Positions 61,863-64,000 of a DNA stretch of 64,000 bases are shown one piece after another. The stretch spans positions 2,500 through 66,499 of the forward strand of contig CAYRDH010000001.1 of NCBI GenBank assembly GCA_964423025.1, written 5' to 3'. The position numbers and the translations under genes were made by a program. The stretch comes from an uncultured Candidatus Saccharibacteria bacterium (GTDB lineage: Bacteria > Patescibacteriota > Dojkabacteria > SC72). The notes beneath the pieces are model-generated. The model saw only the letters and a list, made by a program, of their open reading frames with translations, ran no database searches and was not told the origin of the DNA. How positions within the stretch are numbered: the stretch's first letter is position 1; the number at the start of each line of letters is the position of its first letter.

Positions 61863-62071
61863 CTTGCGAGCAGTTTTGTCTTTTCTCTATTTGGTATTAA
61901 TGTCCGTTCTTGCCATTTGTCTTACTAGTTGGTTTTTGTTTCGCCTGTTCTTTCCGTCGTTTCTGTTTTTTGGTTTTGTTTTTATCTACCAGAAGACCTC
62001 ACCTCCTTTTGGCTCTGTGGTGTGAGAAAAAAGACTCTCTATTTTATCCGAAAATGAAAAAATATTCTAGG

Positions 62072-63145
62072 CTATTTTGTGATAATTCCTCCCCCTACAA
62101 CAAGGTCTTTTTTGTATAAGACAACTGATTGTCCTGGGCTTATGGCTCTCTGTTTCTCTTTGAAAGATATTGTTACTTTACCTTCCTTGTTCCCCTGTAT
62201 ATTTGTAATTTGACAAGGCATTTCCTCTGCTCTGTAACGGATTTTAGCTTTTAGAGGGATATTCTCTTTAATTAGGTCTGGCATTACCCAGTTGGTATCT
62301 CTTGCGGTAAGTTCACTTGTGTACAGGGATTCCTCGGGTCCTACAATAATTTCATTTTTCTCTTTATCTATACCAATAACATACAAGGGGTCATTAGAAA
62401 TTGTTTTAACGCCCTTCCTCTGTCCTACTGTGTATTTATGGATACCGAAGTGTTTACCTAACACTTTGCCTTCCTTATTAACAATATTTCCTTCTCTTGG
62501 AGTTGTTTTAATGTTGTTTTCAATAAATTTCTTGTAGTCATTGTCTGGAATAAAGCAAACCTCTTGGCTATCTCTTTCTTCTGCAACGGTAAGGCCAATC
62601 TTTTTTGCAATTTTCCTAACTTTCTTTTTTGTAAGGTTACCTAAGGGGAAAAGTGTTTTACTAAGCTGCTCTTGTGTTAGGCGGTACAGGAAATAACTTT
62701 GATCCTTATCTTTGTCTTTAGCTTTTCTTAGTAGATATCTTCCACCTGTCTTTCTTGATGGTTTAACTATTCTGGCATAGTGTCCAGTAGCTATGTAATC
62801 TATTTCCATCTCTTCTGCTTTCTTTAGGAGTTCCTCAAATTTAACTTCTCTGTTACAGATAACACATGGGTTTGGTGTTTTTCCCTTTAGGTACTCTGAT
62901 ATGAAGTATTGGACGATGTTTTTGTCAAAGGTGTCTTTAAAATCAAAGACATGATGTGGAATATTTAGATCTTTTGCTACTTTCTTTGCTTTCTCTATGG
63001 CTATAAGAGAGGTACATGTTGGGTTTGCATCTTCCCAGAGCTTCATTGTAGCTCCAATGACTTCGTATCCCTCTTTTTTAAGTAGATATGCGGCAACGGA
63101 ACTATCCACTCCCCCACTCATACCTATTAAGACTTTCTTTTTCAT
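62072..63145 (-). CDS. mnmA: tRNA-specific 2-thiouridylase MnmA
   Basis: PP-loop VLIGMSGGVDSSVAAYLLK, GKTPNPCVICNREVKF, ATGHYAR and DKDQSYFL motifs. Confidence 0.95.
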   Translation of the reverse strand: MKKKVLIGMSGGVDSSVAAYLLKKEGYEVIGATMKLWEDANPTCTSLIAIEKAKKVAKDLNIPHHVFDFKDTFDKNIVQYFISEYLKGKTPNPCVICNREVKFEELLKKAEEMEIDYIATGHYARIVKPSRKTGGRYLLRKAKDKDKDQSYFLYRLTQEQLSKTLFPLGNLTKKKVRKIAKKIGLTVAEERDSQEVCFIPDNDYKKFIENNIKTTPREGNIVNKEGKVLGKHFGIHKYTVGQRKGVKTISNDPLYVIGIDKEKNEIIVGPEESLYTSELTARDTNWVMPDLIKENIPLKAKIRYRAEEMPCQITNIQGNKEGKVTISFKEKQRAISPGQSVVLYKKDLVVGGGIITK

Positions 63146-63340
63146 AGGTTTATTTTAGCAGAAAGGGATAAATATACACAGCCGTCCTATAGTAAATTCT
63201 TCTCTTTTTTGATATACTCTACCCTAGATAAAGAGTGAGAAATCCTCTATTTATCTGATGTCTTGTTCTTTAAAACCCACACAAAAAGAAAGGAATTTGA
63301 AATTATGAATTTTGGAATCCCGTCTTTAGGAAGCGACTAG

Positions 63341-63532
63341 ATGTTATCCTCCCCTAACATTTCTTCTATGTCTGTGATTATGAATGTCCACGATGCTGTC
63401 TTTAAGGCAAGCGAGAGTAATCAGACAATGCATATTAATATAGCTGGAATCCAGCTAACTGTTGAACCGAACTCCGATCCCTCGGAACTTGTTTGCCTTT
63501 GGGAAACAGAGTTTGAAAACAGAAAAAAATAA
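63341..63532 (+). CDS. Hypothetical small protein (63 aa)
   Basis: ATG ORF followed 30 nt later by a strong intrinsic terminator, and preceded by an abutting 11-codon mini-ORF (63305-63340). No recognisable motif. Confidence 0.35.
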   Translation: MLSSPNISSMSVIMNVHDAVFKASESNQTMHINIAGIQLTVEPNSDPSELVCLWETEFENRKK

Positions 63533-63562
63533 AAAAATTATGTGGGTGTAAAGAGTAAGGCG

Positions 63563-63617
63563 AAAACCAAGGTTGTAGAATATTCTACTTAAAAATCCTT
63601 GGTTTTTTGCTTTTTAG
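63563..63617 (+). terminator. Rho-independent terminator
   Basis: AAAACCAAGG (63563-63572) pairs with CCTTGGTTTT (63597-63606). The loop holds an inner hairpin GTAGAATATTCTAC. It is followed by TTGCTTTTT. Confidence 0.7.
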
Positions 63618-63682
63618 ATAACAAAAAATAAGGGTATATTACCTTACTATTTTAAAAACTTGGATTATGTGAAATGCACTTT

Positions 63683-63737
63683 GGGAAGATCTTGCTATAC
63701 TGGACGTTAGTCCCGTACTGGTCGCGAAGATCTTCCC
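63683..63737. repeat. 11-bp perfect inverted repeat flanking a 33-bp spacer
   Basis: GGGAAGATCTT (63683-63693) and AAGATCTTCCC (63727-63737). Each arm contains the 8-bp palindrome AAGATCTT. The spacer holds a direct repeat TACTGG x2 and a small GGAC/GTCC hairpin. Confidence 0.7.
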
Positions 63738-63745
63738 GTAGCACT

Positions 63746-64000
63746 TTATTGAATAAGTGTTAGTTCTAGGATTAATTTGGGGGTTGGTAATCCGGGTATT
63801 GTCCTTGTAGCACATGTAGATAGGAAGTAACTTCCTTCATGTGTTTCAAAGAGTTCTGCCACGGAGATAGAACCACCTATTTGTTCCCTATCGAGGATGA
63901 CGTAGTCTGTAACTTTAAAACAGGAATCGGCATCTAGACAGAAAACTAACCCTATTAAATCTCCTGCTTCCTCAGCGACTATGAAGTACTTGCCAAGGTG
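63746..64000 (-). CDS. Hypothetical protein, C-terminal 84 codons (5' end off-window; not in the ORF track)
   Basis: The minus-strand frame is open from the right edge to TAA at 63748-63746: HLGKYFIVAEEAGDLIGLVFCLDADSCFKVTDYVILDREQIGGSISVAELFETHEGSYFLSTCATRTIPGLPTPKLILELTLIQ*. No domain is assigned. Confidence 0.5.
   Translation of the reverse strand, partial: HLGKYFIVAEEAGDLIGLVFCLDADSCFKVTDYVILDREQIGGSISVAELFETHEGSYFLSTCATRTIPGLPTPKLILELTLIQ

Noticed and set aside
63660-63745. The inverted-repeat region as an SRP (4.5S) RNA or another known small RNA.
   Set aside because: It lacks the conserved domain IV motifs I remember (the GGAA tetraloop with a flanking AGCA / GGAAGCAGCC-type symmetric loop) and is too short. 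It is kept only as an unexplained inverted repeat.
1-64000. Search by eye for CRISPR arrays, transposases, integrases, prophage genes, rRNA, and alternative genetic code (in-frame TGA).
   Set aside because: No regularly spaced direct repeats and no recombinase or RT motifs were seen. All long genes read through cleanly with the standard code. A computational repeat scan would be needed to exclude short or degenerate elements.

Overview
AT-rich, very gene-dense bacterial chromosomal segment read with the standard genetic code. It has short intergenic gaps and many 1-25 nt gene overlaps. I found no rRNA, CRISPR array, transposase, integrase or reverse transcriptase. Most of the window is recognisable housekeeping: translation (hisS, thrS-infC-rpmI-rplT-pheS-pheT, tyrS, def, typA, truB, rsmD/H/I, mnmA, a SpoU methylase, three tRNAs), DNA repair (mutS, recG, rarA), and peptidoglycan and division genes (class A PBP, a rearranged dcw cluster mraZ-rsmH-ftsL-ftsI-mraY / murF / ftsW-murG-murA). 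It also holds pyk, secG, a RelA-type alarmone synthetase, desulfoferrodoxin and a PspC/toastrack/LiaF-like envelope-stress module. The overall style suggests a reduced-genome, probably anaerobic, uncultivated lineage (Patescibacteria/CPR-like); that is inference only. The style includes many membrane proteins with lysine-rich cytoplasmic tails, secreted proteins anchored by a C-terminal TM helix, and weak Shine-Dalgarno sequences. The most interesting parts are accessory. (1) A three-gene secreted-protein operon at 21075-24567 ends in a 772-aa protein with an extremely Cys-rich head, two Listeria/Bacteroides-type repeats and four GH78-N-terminal-like beta-sandwich repeats. (2) A PpsA-like protein has Asp in place of its phosphocarrier His. 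(3) An internally duplicated nucleoside-2-deoxyribosyltransferase-like protein sits in a small islet of unknowns. (4) Several housekeeping-family proteins have broken catalytic motifs: a RelA HD domain, a cytidylate-kinase-like P-loop with Lys->Cys, and an atypical receiver. (5) A clear MraZ operator is present: three GTGG boxes at 10-bp phase. (6) Several small ORFs and structured intergenic elements are not in the ORF track. All calls come from reading motifs by eye; no searches were run.
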